Below are positions 1-10,641 of a stretch of DNA of 64,000 bases, piece by piece; the stretch's first letter is position 1, and every line of letters begins with the position of its first letter. The translations under genes were made by a program, and so were the position numbers. The notes below the pieces were generated by a model. It searched no databases. It was not told the DNA's origin and saw only the letters and a list, made by a program, of their open reading frames with translations. Origin of the DNA: a virus. The stretch is taken from positions 1 to 64,000 of IMG/VR virus record IMGVR_UViG_3300027709_000056. One strand, 5' to 3'.

Positions 1-3000
1 TCTTTCCGCCATTTTCTGCAAGGTAACCAACGTGTCCATAATATGTAAAGACCGAAACAAGTTCTACTCTACCTAAGTTAGTACACCATATAGAAATACC
101 ATGATTCATAATTTGCGTAAAGTCGTTTGCAACAAAAGAATCATAACCACCTGCGTGTAAATCACCATCAATTTTTAATCCAACACATTTGTCACCAATT
201 GTAGTAACGTTTTGAATGTATGGAGATTTTAAATGAATCCATGCTTCAGAGTCATTTGGTCCCCAACCTGGATCTAGTGATACACAAGCACCTGCTGATG
301 GACGTTTAGTTCCATAAGTGTTTGTAATTCCGTTAGTATCATATGTAAAGTCGCTTACAGTTTTACTTTCTGTTGCAGTAATTGTAACCTTTTGACTTAC
401 TCCGCCACTAATATAAGTGTGTACAAACGCTGACTTGTCCATTCCAAAAGCATAAGTGTTAGCATCAATAACGCGATACACTTTAAATATTCCTGTTGAA
501 TTACTTGGATCTGGATAAACTTTATTTGTTGTTGATCCACCGTAGTTACAAGAAACTGTTATGCTTGAAAGTTTTACAAAGTCACCTTCAGCTAATCCGT
601 GTACTGCTGATGTAACTGTTGAATATCCAGTAGTATTATCGTAAGTAAAGTTAGTAATATCTGTTGAGCCACCTGAATTAGCAACTCCAGTTTTATCAAT
701 TGTTCCACCATTTACATAATTATGAACTATGTCACTTGGTGGTAGGAAGAATGTTAAACTGTTTCCATCTTCTACGCTTGTTACAGGAAAGATTCCTGAG
801 TATGGCATTTGTGGATAAACTTTAGTTCCTGAATCACATGATATTACTATGTCATACAGTTTAATAGCATCAGTGGCACTTAATGTATGAGTAGCACAAG
901 TAATTGTAGCAATTCCTGTACCTTCATTATATACAAAGTTTGAAATTGCATGATTTGTTGATGAACCTACATCAACTACAGTTCCACCACTAACGTAAGT
1001 GTGTGCAATTGAGCTTGTTCCGAGATTAACTGTTATAGTTGTGGCATCTGGAGCCGAAGCAACTATAAACGCTGTAAGAGTACTTGTAACTGGATAAACT
1101 TTAGATCCATAACTACAATTTACATTAAGACTGGCTATTGTAATAAAGTCGCCTTTCTTTCTACCATGCGTATTATCTGTTGTAATTTTAGCTCTAGGAA
1201 AATGTCCGCTTAAACCTCTTAATGTTTGGTTACGTATTCCTGTTGCGTTTTGACAATAATACATATCTTCAGTAATACAACCTAAGTGTGAGTTAGCTGT
1301 CCATCTTGCATATAGATTTGATCTATAGTTTCCGTAGTTTTCTAAGTCATACATAAGTGCATCAAGATTATGTTTCATATCATTTAAACATTGTTCTTCG
1401 CCTGCTGTATTAATAGTTGCTGAATAATCTAAAGTATGATTTGCTTTTAAGTATTCAACAACTTCTTCAGCAATATAATCTAAGTTTTCAAGTATTCTTA
1501 ATCTTGCATCAACATAACCTTGAGTTGTATCTCTACCACTCTTACCTGTTGTTTCTGGAGCAACCCCAATTCCAAATACTTTCCAATTAATTGTATCGTA
1601 CATATTTTGGAGTAATGCTTGAGCTTGTGTTCCTGCCGCCGCTGAACCTACTGGTAATGCTGTGTCTTGTGTTTTAGTATTACCTGCGGCAATAGTTGCA
1701 ACATCCATTGTAAAGTTTGCGCCGCCACCGCCACCTAAGTTAGCATCTGTGATTGTAATTGTGTCGTTAACTAAATTACCTGATCCACCTGTAGCAACTG
1801 TAACACTTGTAACAGCACCACCGGCACCAACTACAATATTAAATGTTCCTACTGTACCTGATCCACCTGATGTTCCTGTTACACCTGTGTATGTTCCTAA
1901 TGTTCTACTAGCATCTGCACCACTAAAGGTATCCATTGTCATATGGGCACCTGCTGGTGTTTTTGTAATTGAAGTATTAAGAATAATATTATCAATGATA
2001 GTTTTAATATGAGCTATACCATACATTGATAATTTTATGTGTGTCGGAGTAGTTATCGCATCAACTGCCTTTAAAGCATTAATTTCTGTCGAACGTAATT
2101 CATCACCAATAACTGCACAACCTTCTGGAACAATCATTGGTAAAACTTCTTTGTATATTCCTGTTTTTACAAACAGCGTATCATAGGCGTGTTGTGCCGC
2201 AGGAACATTTACAGTTGATCCTGCCGTAATTGCGTCAGTAATTATTTTTGCTAGTGCTTGAACTCTTGCATAATATCCTGCTTCAGTATTTTGTGTTCCA
2301 TCAATTTTTTGTATAACTTGTAATCCACCTGCAATACCATTTGTTGTTTGATAATTTATTGCCGGAGCCAAGTTTCTAAGAGTGGTATCAATTATTGATA
2401 CCATGTAATTAATTACATCAACTGTTTGTGTTGTTTGTCCTGTAATATAACTTGTACCTGCACTTGAAAAGAATGATTTAGCACTTTCTACAGTACGAAC
2501 ATTACCACCATGTGTAAGATCCCAAATAAATGCATCAATAATTTGTCCCATGTCACGTCTACATTTTGCCGCGTCATGTGTATAACCTGTACTAAAAGGT
2601 GCTGAGTTGTTTGCTATTTTCCAAGCAACATATTGTATACCAGCTTCTTCACTAATAAATGCTTTATTGCGTTTTAATAAACTTGTACCTTCTGGATTTC
2701 TTGGACCTTTTCTAATTTCGTTTAAACCATATCTAACTGAATGCCAAGGTTTATCTAGTGTTGTACCGCTTAATGGTGCTGGACCTTCTTCGCCACCTGG
2801 AGCAACATAATAAACATGATCAACTGCACCAAAGTATGCCCATTCCGGAGCATCACCTGCCGCATTAACTTTTAATACTTGTCCTGGAGTACCAATTGGT
2901 AATCTTACAGGACCTGATCCACCGTAGTAAACTAAATCACCAGCAGTAGTTAAGTTTCCTGATTCAACACCACCTGATAATAATTTCCAGTTAGTGCCTG

Positions 3001-4564
3001 ATACATCTTGATCTGGTCTATTTTGTAAAGTAACTTGATCAGCTGTATGCTCTAATATACATAGATATGAGTTAGTTCCTGCAATACCTCTTACAGCATC
3101 ACCTTTATCATAGTCTGTTCCATTAGCCCAAGCATCGCGCCAATTAATTCCTTCGTTAAGTTGTTCCCAGTAAGTTAAGTTAGGTGGTCTGTTACCTGTT
3201 GTATTTGCTTTAGCAAGATACGTAAAGCCACCAAGTCTAATAACGTCACCAACTTTATAAGCTGTAGCGTTATTATAGTCGCCTTGTAAACTAAATCCTG
3301 TTGTAAATAAATCCCAGTCACTTGCATTACCAAACGGAACTACGTTACTATTATTTGTTTTTGAAATGTAAGAGTAACCACCGTAGGTTACAAAGTCGCC
3401 TGGTTGATAATTTGTTGCTGAAGACCAACTGTCTTCGAATTCTAAACCTGGAACAAATGTATACCATTGTGTAACTGCTTGAACTGTTGCGGCATTAAAT
3501 GTTAATGTTGCACCCGATCCACCAATTTGTGTATTAGGAATCGAAATTACATCAGTTGCTGAGTGTCCAGTACCGCCATGAACTATTGTAACTGTACAAG
3601 CGCCTACAGAGTCAACAGCAACATTAAATCTTGTTGTTGCCATGTCACCTGAACCAGCTGATGTTCCTGTTACATCATTATAAGTTCCTTCTATTCTTAA
3701 TACGTCTGCTACACTAATTGTATCAACAGTTGTTATACTACCAGTTGCTGTTATATCAGCGGCCAAGTTCGTTGTTGATGTGTGCCAATCATTACAAATC
3801 CAAAGACTGCCACCATACTTAACAACATCATTAACTTTATATCTTGTTGTTCCTGCGTGAACTGATTTATATTCTATACCTTTATGTAAGTAATCCCATT
3901 TAGTTTGGTCTGCTTCTAAACCTTCTGCTAGTGTTGCCCCGGAAATGTGATGTTCATTACAAATATAAAGCTGTCCGCCGTATTTTACTTCATCGTATTT
4001 TTTATATTTTGTATTAATTGCCCAGTCAGTTTTCCATTCTTGACCTTTTGCAAAAATATCCCATTTGTCAATGTCAGCATCTAAACCGTCTATATCTGTA
4101 GTGTTTGTTGATGCTGATGTATGTGGTGCTGTACATAAGTAAAGTCCGCCACCATACTTAACAATGTCGTTAATTTTATAAACAGTATTAAGTGTCCATA
4201 AATTTTTCCAGTCAAAGCCTTCAGCAAAAAGATCCCATTTTGCTTGATCTGTTTCTAATTTTCCTGCTGGTGTTTCTGATGTATGTCCTGTGTTACAAAT
4301 ATAAAGATATCCGCCGTATTTTACAATGTCATTAACTTTGTAAACTTGGCCTGATACCCAATCATTTTGCCATTCAGTACCATCTGAAAATTTCTGCCAT
4401 TTAGTTGATGCGTCTGTATAAAATTGAGCTGAAGATGTGTGCCCTGATATACAAATATATGTACGTCCACCGCTACGAACGATGTCGTCTTTATAGTAAA
4501 CAGTACCTGTAACCCAAGCACCCTTCCATACAAATCTTATTCTACCTAGTTTAAATTCAGCCAT
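1..4564 (-). CDS. Giant fibre/adhesin-like virion protein (>1520 aa, runs off the left edge): N-terminal CBM5/12-like Trp repeats and a beta-helix-like region
   Basis: Not in the ORF track because it has no stop in the window. Hand translation from ATG 4564 gives MAEFKLGRIRFVWKGAW..., and the same frame at positions 40-2 reads YGHVGYLAENGGK, matching YCHIGYLCTDGGK of the 1766-aa neighbour. Late-promoter box at 4592-4598. Confidence 0.8.
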   Translation of the reverse strand, partial: MAEFKLGRIRFVWKGAWVTGTVYYKDDIVRSGGRTYICISGHTSSAQFYTDASTKWQKFSDGTEWQNDWVSGQVYKVNDIVKYGGYLYICNTGHTSETPAGKLETDQAKWDLFAEGFDWKNLWTLNTVYKINDIVKYGGGLYLCTAPHTSASTNTTDIDGLDADIDKWDIFAKGQEWKTDWAINTKYKKYDEVKYGGQLYICNEHHISGATLAEGLEADQTKWDYLHKGIEYKSVHAGTTRYKVNDVVKYGGSLWICNDWHTSTTNLAADITATGSITTVDTISVADVLRIEGTYNDVTGTSAGSGDMATTRFNVAVDSVGACTVTIVHGGTGHSATDVISIPNTQIGGSGATLTFNAATVQAVTQWYTFVPGLEFEDSWSSATNYQPGDFVTYGGYSYISKTNNSNVVPFGNASDWDLFTTGFSLQGDYNNATAYKVGDVIRLGGFTYLAKANTTGNRPPNLTYWEQLNEGINWRDAWANGTDYDKGDAVRGIAGTNSYLCILEHTADQVTLQNRPDQDVSGTNWKLLSGGVESGNLTTAGDLVYYGGSGPVRLPIGTPGQVLKVNAAGDAPEWAYFGAVDHVYYVAPGGEEGPAPLSGTTLDKPWHSVRYGLNEIRKGPRNPEGTSLLKRNKAFISEEAGIQYVAWKIANNSAPFSTGYTHDAAKCRRDMGQIIDAFIWDLTHGGNVRTVESAKSFFSSAGTSYITGQTTQTVDVINYMVSIIDTTLRNLAPAINYQTTNGIAGGLQVIQKIDGTQNTEAGYYARVQALAKIITDAITAGSTVNVPAAQHAYDTLFVKTGIYKEVLPMIVPEGCAVIGDELRSTEINALKAVDAITTPTHIKLSMYGIAHIKTIIDNIILNTSITKTPAGAHMTMDTFSGADASRTLGTYTGVTGTSGGSGTVGTFNIVVGAGGAVTSVTVATGGSGNLVNDTITITDANLGGGGGANFTMDVATIAAGNTKTQDTALPVGSAAAGTQAQALLQNMYDTINWKVFGIGVAPETTGKSGRDTTQGYVDARLRILENLDYIAEEVVEYLKANHTLDYSATINTAGEEQCLNDMKHNLDALMYDLENYGNYRSNLYARWTANSHLGCITEDMYYCQNATGIRNQTLRGLSGHFPRAKITTDNTHGRKKGDFITIASLNVNCSYGSKVYPVTSTLTAFIVASAPDATTITVNLGTSSIAHTYVSGGTVVDVGSSTNHAISNFVYNEGTGIATITCATHTLSATDAIKLYDIVISCDSGTKVYPQMPYSGIFPVTSVEDGNSLTFFLPPSDIVHNYVNGGTIDKTGVANSGGSTDITNFTYDNTTGYSTVTSAVHGLAEGDFVKLSSITVSCNYGGSTTNKVYPDPSNSTGIFKVYRVIDANTYAFGMDKSAFVHTYISGGVSQKVTITATESKTVSDFTYDTNGITNTYGTKRPSAGACVSLDPGWGPNDSEAWIHLKSPYIQNVTTIGDKCVGLKIDGDLHAGGYDSFVANDFTQIMNHGISIWCTNLGRVELVSVFTYYGHVGYLAENGGK

Positions 4565-4591
4565 TTGTTCTTCCTAAATGCATATTGTTAG

Positions 4592-4598
4592 TATTTAT
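4592..4598 (-). promoter_or_regulatory. T4-like late promoter box ATAAATA
   Basis: tgATAAATActaac about 28 nt upstream of ATG 4564; the same box precedes many structural genes. Confidence 0.7.
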
Positions 4599-4612
4599 CA
4601 TTGGTTTCATAT

Positions 4613-7600
4613 TTAATTTCCAATACCCTCGTTAGCAATCGCATCGTAATATCCTTCGGGGTCTTCATATAGTTCTTGGTTAGCTAACATACCTGCTGAT
4701 ATACCATTAGCAAAAAATGCCTGTGCTAATGGAACTCCGCTTATGCCACCTGTAAATTTCATAAGTACTGGAATATCAATAGCTAATCCAGCCGTATTCC
4801 CAATTTGATTTAGATTATGCAATTTAATAGTACCTGCTAAAACGGCGTTAGCGGCTACATTTGAACCACCTCCGCTAATTCTACTTGTTATGTAAGATGC
4901 AACTGCTCTTTGTGTTGGTACAATGTTATTTGAATTTGCAACAAATGTTATTTCTTTTGAAAATTCTCTAATAACTGCTTGTGTACCACCTACAATAATA
5001 GCACCTAAACGTAATTCTGATAATCCTTGTAAGTCAAACTGTGAAGCATTAATTGTTACAATACCCGTGCTTTGTTCAACTTTAAATAGTTCACCAACTC
5101 TAAAGTTACCGTCTTGGTCAGTTGATGTATAAAATACCCGTCCTCCACTAAATTCCATAGTTTCATTTTGCTGTTCTGGTGGGTAAACTGATGAATATCC
5201 TTCTTTATATAAATCAGGATAATTTGAAGTAGTAGTTGTACCAGTACCAACATCTAAGAAATCGTGTCCAGTTAATCTAACCTGACTATAATTTTGTCTA
5301 ATAATCATATCTTCTTCATTTACTGGTGATTCTTGAATTCCCATAGTTGGTGCAAGAGAAATTTTTGCAACAATATTTGGTGCAACTCCACTTAATGTTT
5401 CTACAGAACCAACTTTATAAATTACATCATTAATACTTGCAAATGTTAAGTTGTCACCTGGTCCTGGTAATAAAGTTAAATCTTTAACAATAAAATGTAA
5501 ACCAGTTTGGAACTGATCAGCAAAGCCGTCTCCAGTAATTGTAACAGCATTAAATTTCGTATAACCACCACCTCTATTTTTAAAGGAAGGTTGTGCTAGA
5601 CATCCGTTATTAACTCTTACATCTATTGTTACGTCTTCTGTTTTTTGTGTATCATAAACATATACAGTTGGAGGTGTATCTTTAATATATCCACTGCCGG
5701 GTTCTGTTATTAAGAATTTGTCAATTCTACCTGTATCAATATTTGCTCTCATTTTTGCTACAGCACCAAATCTTATATTCTGATAGTTTGGTCCTGCTGA
5801 AGTACTAACTAATCCCCAGCCTGGGCCAGACTCTGTTGTATAACCTCTAACGTTTGTATGATATGTATCACTTGGTAAATCAGTTTGCTCTTCCCATACA
5901 TGACCACCTTCACCAGTTACTATATCTCCGCCATCTCTCACAGCAAGAAATACTCCGTCTTGGTAATCAATATACCACGCTGTAGTAGTTAATGAAGTTG
6001 ATGGAGTTTCTGATTCATACCATACTGAACTAGTTGCGCCAGTTGAAAAATCTGTAAAGCTAAAGAAGAACGTTGATGATAATCCAAACGTTGCACTTGT
6101 AGTTGATGTTCCATCACTAATCATTGTAGTTGAAGGATCTAAATCTCCACCTACTGAAAATGTTCCATTTGGCATACAAGCGGCTACAAATTTATTGTTA
6201 CCCCAAGTAAACCCTGTAACGTCATACGTTGATGGACAAACATTATTTCCTGCTACCCAAGTTGCTCCGTTATCAACACTTTGCATACAAGTACCATTAG
6301 CTCTAACTATCATCCACTTACCATTACCGTAAGCAATCCATTTAAATCCTACAGCACCGCCAGTAGCTATACCTGTCCAAGTTGTTCCATCTGTTGTAGT
6401 TTTTTGTACTGTTGCAGAATCATCTGCAATTGCAATCACTGTATGACTTGTAGAATTGTGTGGTCCTTCACAAATATCAATATAGTTTGCTGATGTTATA
6501 GTATATGGTGCTGATGCCCATGCTGTTCCTGCCGTTGACAAGTTTACTTTTGCACCATTACCTAAAGAGATATAATATTTTAATTTACCTTTACATTTTA
6601 ATACACAATTTGGAGTAATCCAACTACCATCAGTTGTCGCTGTACTCCAACTAGAACCTGTTAAGTTTGAATAAACTGCATTTTCACTAGTACTAGGAAA
6701 CGCTACTAAAGTACTTCCGTGTCCAGATGTACATTTAAACGTTGGTGCAGTTAGTCCAGTATTAAGTTCAGTAACTGAATACCCAGGACTAGCAACTTTA
6801 ACTCTTGGTTCAATTCTATAAGTTGTTGTTCCGTCTAATACAGTTGCTATTGTCCAACCTGGAACAATATGATCCCAACCACGTTTTCCATCACTTTCTC
6901 TAATTACGTTAATAAGTTTTGTTCCAGGATAATACTCATCTACAATAGCGTATTGTCCTCTACCTTTACCTTGTTCTAAATAAATTCTTTGTCCTTCAGT
7001 TACAGTTGCAACTCTAAACGTTACATTAGGTACGCCGCCAACATTACCAAGGTTAACATTAGAAACTGTAATTGTATCTCCAACTCTGTGACTGTGACTT
7101 CCGTCTAATGGTGTAATTGAACTTATTCCACCACCACCATCAACAACAATTTGAAATGCTTGTTGTGGAATATATCCACGACCGTTTGTGGTTGCTGGAA
7201 CAATATTATATGTTCCTTCTGGTCTACTTGGATCAGCCGCCGAAATAGTATCAAATGTTAAGAAAGCTCTTCCGGCATATTCTGCCGCAGTATTAATATC
7301 TGATTGAGCAATAGTAATTGAAATAGTTGTACCACTTTGTGCAGAATTTCTTATTCCACTTGTATGTCCTCTACCACCAGGTAAACTTGAATCACCTGGA
7401 TCTAATAATCTAATTTCACTAATACTACCATTTCTTACATCGGTATATGTGTTATCAACAGCAACATCTAATCCTGAGCCAGTTATATTGTGTTGTGCAT
7501 TAATATAATCTTGTCCTGTATGTGTATATCCTATAGCAAAAATATTATCTGCATTATTGTAAACTTCAGGAGCAGTTGCTTGATAATATTGATTGTGTGC

Positions 7601-9913
7601 TTTTGAAGTTATAGGTGTTTCAGTTGCAAGTACTCCAATAGCTACTGCTCCATATTTTCCGTATGAACAGTTTCCATTAGTACCTCTAATTTTTCCACCA
7701 TCCGTACATAAGTAACCTATGTGGCAATAATATGTAAAGACTGAAACAAGCTCTGCTCTAGCATCTGCTGAAAGCCATACACTAATACCATCATCAAGAA
7801 AGTTTGTCATATCGTTAGCAAGAACTGTTTTCATTCCGCCGTTATGTAATGAACCATCTAGTCTTAATCCAGTAACTCCAGCACCAAATGAACTTATATT
7901 TTTTACATAAGGTGATCGTTCTTTAATCCATACTGTTTCATCAGTCGGCCCTGCACCAGGATCAAATGCTATGTATGATCCGCCTTGTGGTCTTTGCGTT
8001 CCATAAACATCATTTGCGGTTAACGTTCCAGTTTTACCTTGCATTGTTAAACCTCTAATACCTGTTGCATCTCTAAGCCAAAACATATCAGAACCTTCAT
8101 AACCTGCCGCTGGTCTAACTTGTACAGAACGTCTACCATCACCATGAAGTGTTATACCTTTTGGAACTTGAATAGGTAGAATTTCGTCGTATTGTCCTGT
8201 AGAAATATAAATTGTACCTGGTGCTCTGTTTGGCTCGTCAGCAAAAATAAATTGACAAGCATACTTAATTGTTTTAAATGGAGCACTAAGACTTAATCCA
8301 CTTCCTACACTATCTTTGCCTGATGTGGAAACGTAATATGTTTTTCCTACTTCACCAAACATTTCCCAACTAGCTTCATTAACACCACCAACATCAACAG
8401 TTTTTAATGTTGCTCCTGGAGTACTAATTGGTAGTCTAACTGTATCTGTACCATCATGAGTTCTTAAGTCACCTTTATATTGTAGAACGTTAGTATCAAA
8501 TCCTGCAATATGTTTTTCCCAATAACTATTTGTTACATCTAAGTCAGGTGTAACAAGTGTTGAATCATCACTTTCGTGTCTTTGTTTACAAACCCATGCA
8601 GTACTTTTATGTACAACAATATCACCTAAACAATAAACTGTTCCTGTTGTTCCGATCCATTCACCTCTATAAGAATCTCCAGTTAATACTAATTGCCAAT
8701 ACATTATTACGCTATTCGGATCAGTACTTTCTCCTGGATCATAATAAGAACGATGTTCTGGATCTAATGAATCAGGTTCTATTCCAGTATTATCTCTAAC
8801 TGCAATATAAATCCAACCACGCCGTCTAACAATATCACCTGTTCTATAGGCAAGAGTGATATCCCACTCTGTCTTCATATTCCAACCGGTAGTTAATAAT
8901 TCCCAATCGTATAATCCTTGTAAACTTTCTCCGTCATAAAACACACCTGTAACACTTGGAGGTGAACTACTATTAATTTTCATTGCGGTATAAGTATATC
9001 CGCCGTAGCTAACTATATCACCTGGTTGGTATGTAACAGTACTATCCCATAATGCTTCGTAGCCTAATCCAGGCATCCATATATCAAAATTTGCTTCAAG
9101 AAATGCATTTGTCGATGTGTGTTCGCCTTTACAACGCCATAGTGTTGGACCATATTTTACAATATCTCCTACTTTATAACGTGTACCACTTGAATCGTCG
9201 GAGCTCTGCCATGTTCCTTTGTAGTCAACACCATCAATTACTTTTTCCCACTTTGCTTGATCTTCTTCTAAACCTAAAATGTATGTTCCTGCAGACGAGT
9301 GTCCTATTACACAACGATAAACAATACCACCGTAACGAATAACATCGTCTTTTCTATATCTTGTAGAAATTGTCCAATCTTTTTCCCAAGCGTCTCCACG
9401 CCATTTAATTTTCCATTTTGTTTGATCTGTTTCTAAACCACCGAGTGTAGTTGAAGAAGTATGTTCTTCTATACATTGATAAACATAACCACCATAACGA
9501 ATAACATCATCAATTGTATAACTTGTTAATGGTTGCCATTCGTTACGCCAGTTTGGTGTTTTATAATATGCAATAAGTTTAGCTTCGTCACCACTAATAC
9601 TAGTTGCGCCTGAAACGTGTTCAGTTAAAACTCTATAAATTACTGATCCATACTTTAATAAATCATTTCTTACATATCTTGTACTTGCTAACCAATCACC
9701 ACGCCATGTATAACCTTCGGTGTGTAGTAACCATCTAGCTTTTGGAGAATAAGTTAAATCTGTTGTAAAATCTGCGGAGTCGGAAGTATGACCGATCATA
9801 CAAAGATAAGTATTACCGCCTACACGAATTACATCATCCTTGACATAAACCGTAGAGCCAGTCCAATAGTCTCTCCATGTATATCTTATTCTTGCAATAT
9901 TAAATTCAGCCAT
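4613..9913 (-). CDS. 1766-aa fibre/adhesin-like virion protein, paralog of the 1-4564 gene
   Basis: About 50-aa repeats W..W...T.Y...D.V.YGG..Y.C...HTS (CBM5/12-like); YYVSTSG.D...G.SLSAPFKTI motif typical of the start of pectin-lyase-like beta-helices; BNR-like S.DG.TW repeats near the C-terminus. Confidence 0.7.
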   Translation of the reverse strand: MAEFNIARIRYTWRDYWTGSTVYVKDDVIRVGGNTYLCMIGHTSDSADFTTDLTYSPKARWLLHTEGYTWRGDWLASTRYVRNDLLKYGSVIYRVLTEHVSGATSISGDEAKLIAYYKTPNWRNEWQPLTSYTIDDVIRYGGYVYQCIEEHTSSTTLGGLETDQTKWKIKWRGDAWEKDWTISTRYRKDDVIRYGGIVYRCVIGHSSAGTYILGLEEDQAKWEKVIDGVDYKGTWQSSDDSSGTRYKVGDIVKYGPTLWRCKGEHTSTNAFLEANFDIWMPGLGYEALWDSTVTYQPGDIVSYGGYTYTAMKINSSSPPSVTGVFYDGESLQGLYDWELLTTGWNMKTEWDITLAYRTGDIVRRRGWIYIAVRDNTGIEPDSLDPEHRSYYDPGESTDPNSVIMYWQLVLTGDSYRGEWIGTTGTVYCLGDIVVHKSTAWVCKQRHESDDSTLVTPDLDVTNSYWEKHIAGFDTNVLQYKGDLRTHDGTDTVRLPISTPGATLKTVDVGGVNEASWEMFGEVGKTYYVSTSGKDSVGSGLSLSAPFKTIKYACQFIFADEPNRAPGTIYISTGQYDEILPIQVPKGITLHGDGRRSVQVRPAAGYEGSDMFWLRDATGIRGLTMQGKTGTLTANDVYGTQRPQGGSYIAFDPGAGPTDETVWIKERSPYVKNISSFGAGVTGLRLDGSLHNGGMKTVLANDMTNFLDDGISVWLSADARAELVSVFTYYCHIGYLCTDGGKIRGTNGNCSYGKYGAVAIGVLATETPITSKAHNQYYQATAPEVYNNADNIFAIGYTHTGQDYINAQHNITGSGLDVAVDNTYTDVRNGSISEIRLLDPGDSSLPGGRGHTSGIRNSAQSGTTISITIAQSDINTAAEYAGRAFLTFDTISAADPSRPEGTYNIVPATTNGRGYIPQQAFQIVVDGGGGISSITPLDGSHSHRVGDTITVSNVNLGNVGGVPNVTFRVATVTEGQRIYLEQGKGRGQYAIVDEYYPGTKLINVIRESDGKRGWDHIVPGWTIATVLDGTTTYRIEPRVKVASPGYSVTELNTGLTAPTFKCTSGHGSTLVAFPSTSENAVYSNLTGSSWSTATTDGSWITPNCVLKCKGKLKYYISLGNGAKVNLSTAGTAWASAPYTITSANYIDICEGPHNSTSHTVIAIADDSATVQKTTTDGTTWTGIATGGAVGFKWIAYGNGKWMIVRANGTCMQSVDNGATWVAGNNVCPSTYDVTGFTWGNNKFVAACMPNGTFSVGGDLDPSTTMISDGTSTTSATFGLSSTFFFSFTDFSTGATSSVWYESETPSTSLTTTAWYIDYQDGVFLAVRDGGDIVTGEGGHVWEEQTDLPSDTYHTNVRGYTTESGPGWGLVSTSAGPNYQNIRFGAVAKMRANIDTGRIDKFLITEPGSGYIKDTPPTVYVYDTQKTEDVTIDVRVNNGCLAQPSFKNRGGGYTKFNAVTITGDGFADQFQTGLHFIVKDLTLLPGPGDNLTFASINDVIYKVGSVETLSGVAPNIVAKISLAPTMGIQESPVNEEDMIIRQNYSQVRLTGHDFLDVGTGTTTTSNYPDLYKEGYSSVYPPEQQNETMEFSGGRVFYTSTDQDGNFRVGELFKVEQSTGIVTINASQFDLQGLSELRLGAIIVGGTQAVIREFSKEITFVANSNNIVPTQRAVASYITSRISGGGSNVAANAVLAGTIKLHNLNQIGNTAGLAIDIPVLMKFTGGISGVPLAQAFFANGISAGMLANQELYEDPEGYYDAIANEGIGN

Positions 9914-9914
9914 C

Positions 9915-10307
9915 TTAGTATCCTGTTATAAACTCTTCGCCCTTAAATTCATCTGAAGTTCCTGTTGCATAAGTGTATGGTGTATTAATTCTTAAAACAA
10001 ATTCACCTTCAGCATTTACAAAATAGTAAATATTTTTATCATCCCAACGCATTTGTTCAAAGTTTAAATTTTCATAAACTAAAACATGGTTTGGATTTCG
10101 TCCCTCAAAGAAGTCAGCACCATCTTGGAAATCAGGAAAGTTATCGCTGGTTCCGCCTGGTTTATTAACTTGTATATTGTCTGTTGGAGATGCTACATCA
10201 ATTTTAGATATAAACAATTGTCCATCATCATCTCTACGCATAGCATAAAAATAACGTTCACCTGTTTGTCTTGATAAAGGTTCTGAACCTACGTAACTAA
10301 AACTCAT
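9915..10307 (-). CDS. Hypothetical protein (130 aa), probably virion-associated
   Basis: ORF track; tightly packed in the structural operon, overlapping the next gene by 1 nt. Confidence 0.7.
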   Translation of the reverse strand: MSFSYVGSEPLSRQTGERYFYAMRRDDDGQLFISKIDVASPTDNIQVNKPGGTSDNFPDFQDGADFFEGRNPNHVLVYENLNFEQMRWDDKNIYYFVNAEGEFVLRINTPYTYATGTSDEFKGEEFITGY

Positions 10308-10636
10308 TATACAATCTCCACAAAACTAAAGATAACGTCAACTGCGTCATCTTGGTCTGCCTGAACATATAAAATATTATCTCCCGGCATAATTAATTTT
10401 TCACCGCCATTAATTGCTCGCAAACTTGCATTCGGGGCAATCATAACATCTTTAACATAATATCCTGTAACACTAGTATCATCTTTAATTGTAATACTAA
10501 CTCGTGTATTTCCATCTAATAGATTAGCAATACTTAAACCAATTCCTGTACATTTAGACGCAGTCGGTACATTGAAAATTTCAACCGGTTGCGTTCCTAC
10601 GTTTTTTACTACTTTATTTTTAAAAAATGTTGCCAT
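10307..10636 (-). CDS. Small beta-rich hypothetical virion protein (109 aa)
   Basis: ORF track; resembles the 14456-14788 product (..GEKLIM..GD vs ..SEKIILEAGD). Confidence 0.7.
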   Translation of the reverse strand: MATFFKNKVVKNVGTQPVEIFNVPTASKCTGIGLSIANLLDGNTRVSITIKDDTSVTGYYVKDVMIAPNASLRAINGGEKLIMPGDNILYVQADQDDAVDVIFSFVEIV

Positions 10637-10641
10637 CTATA

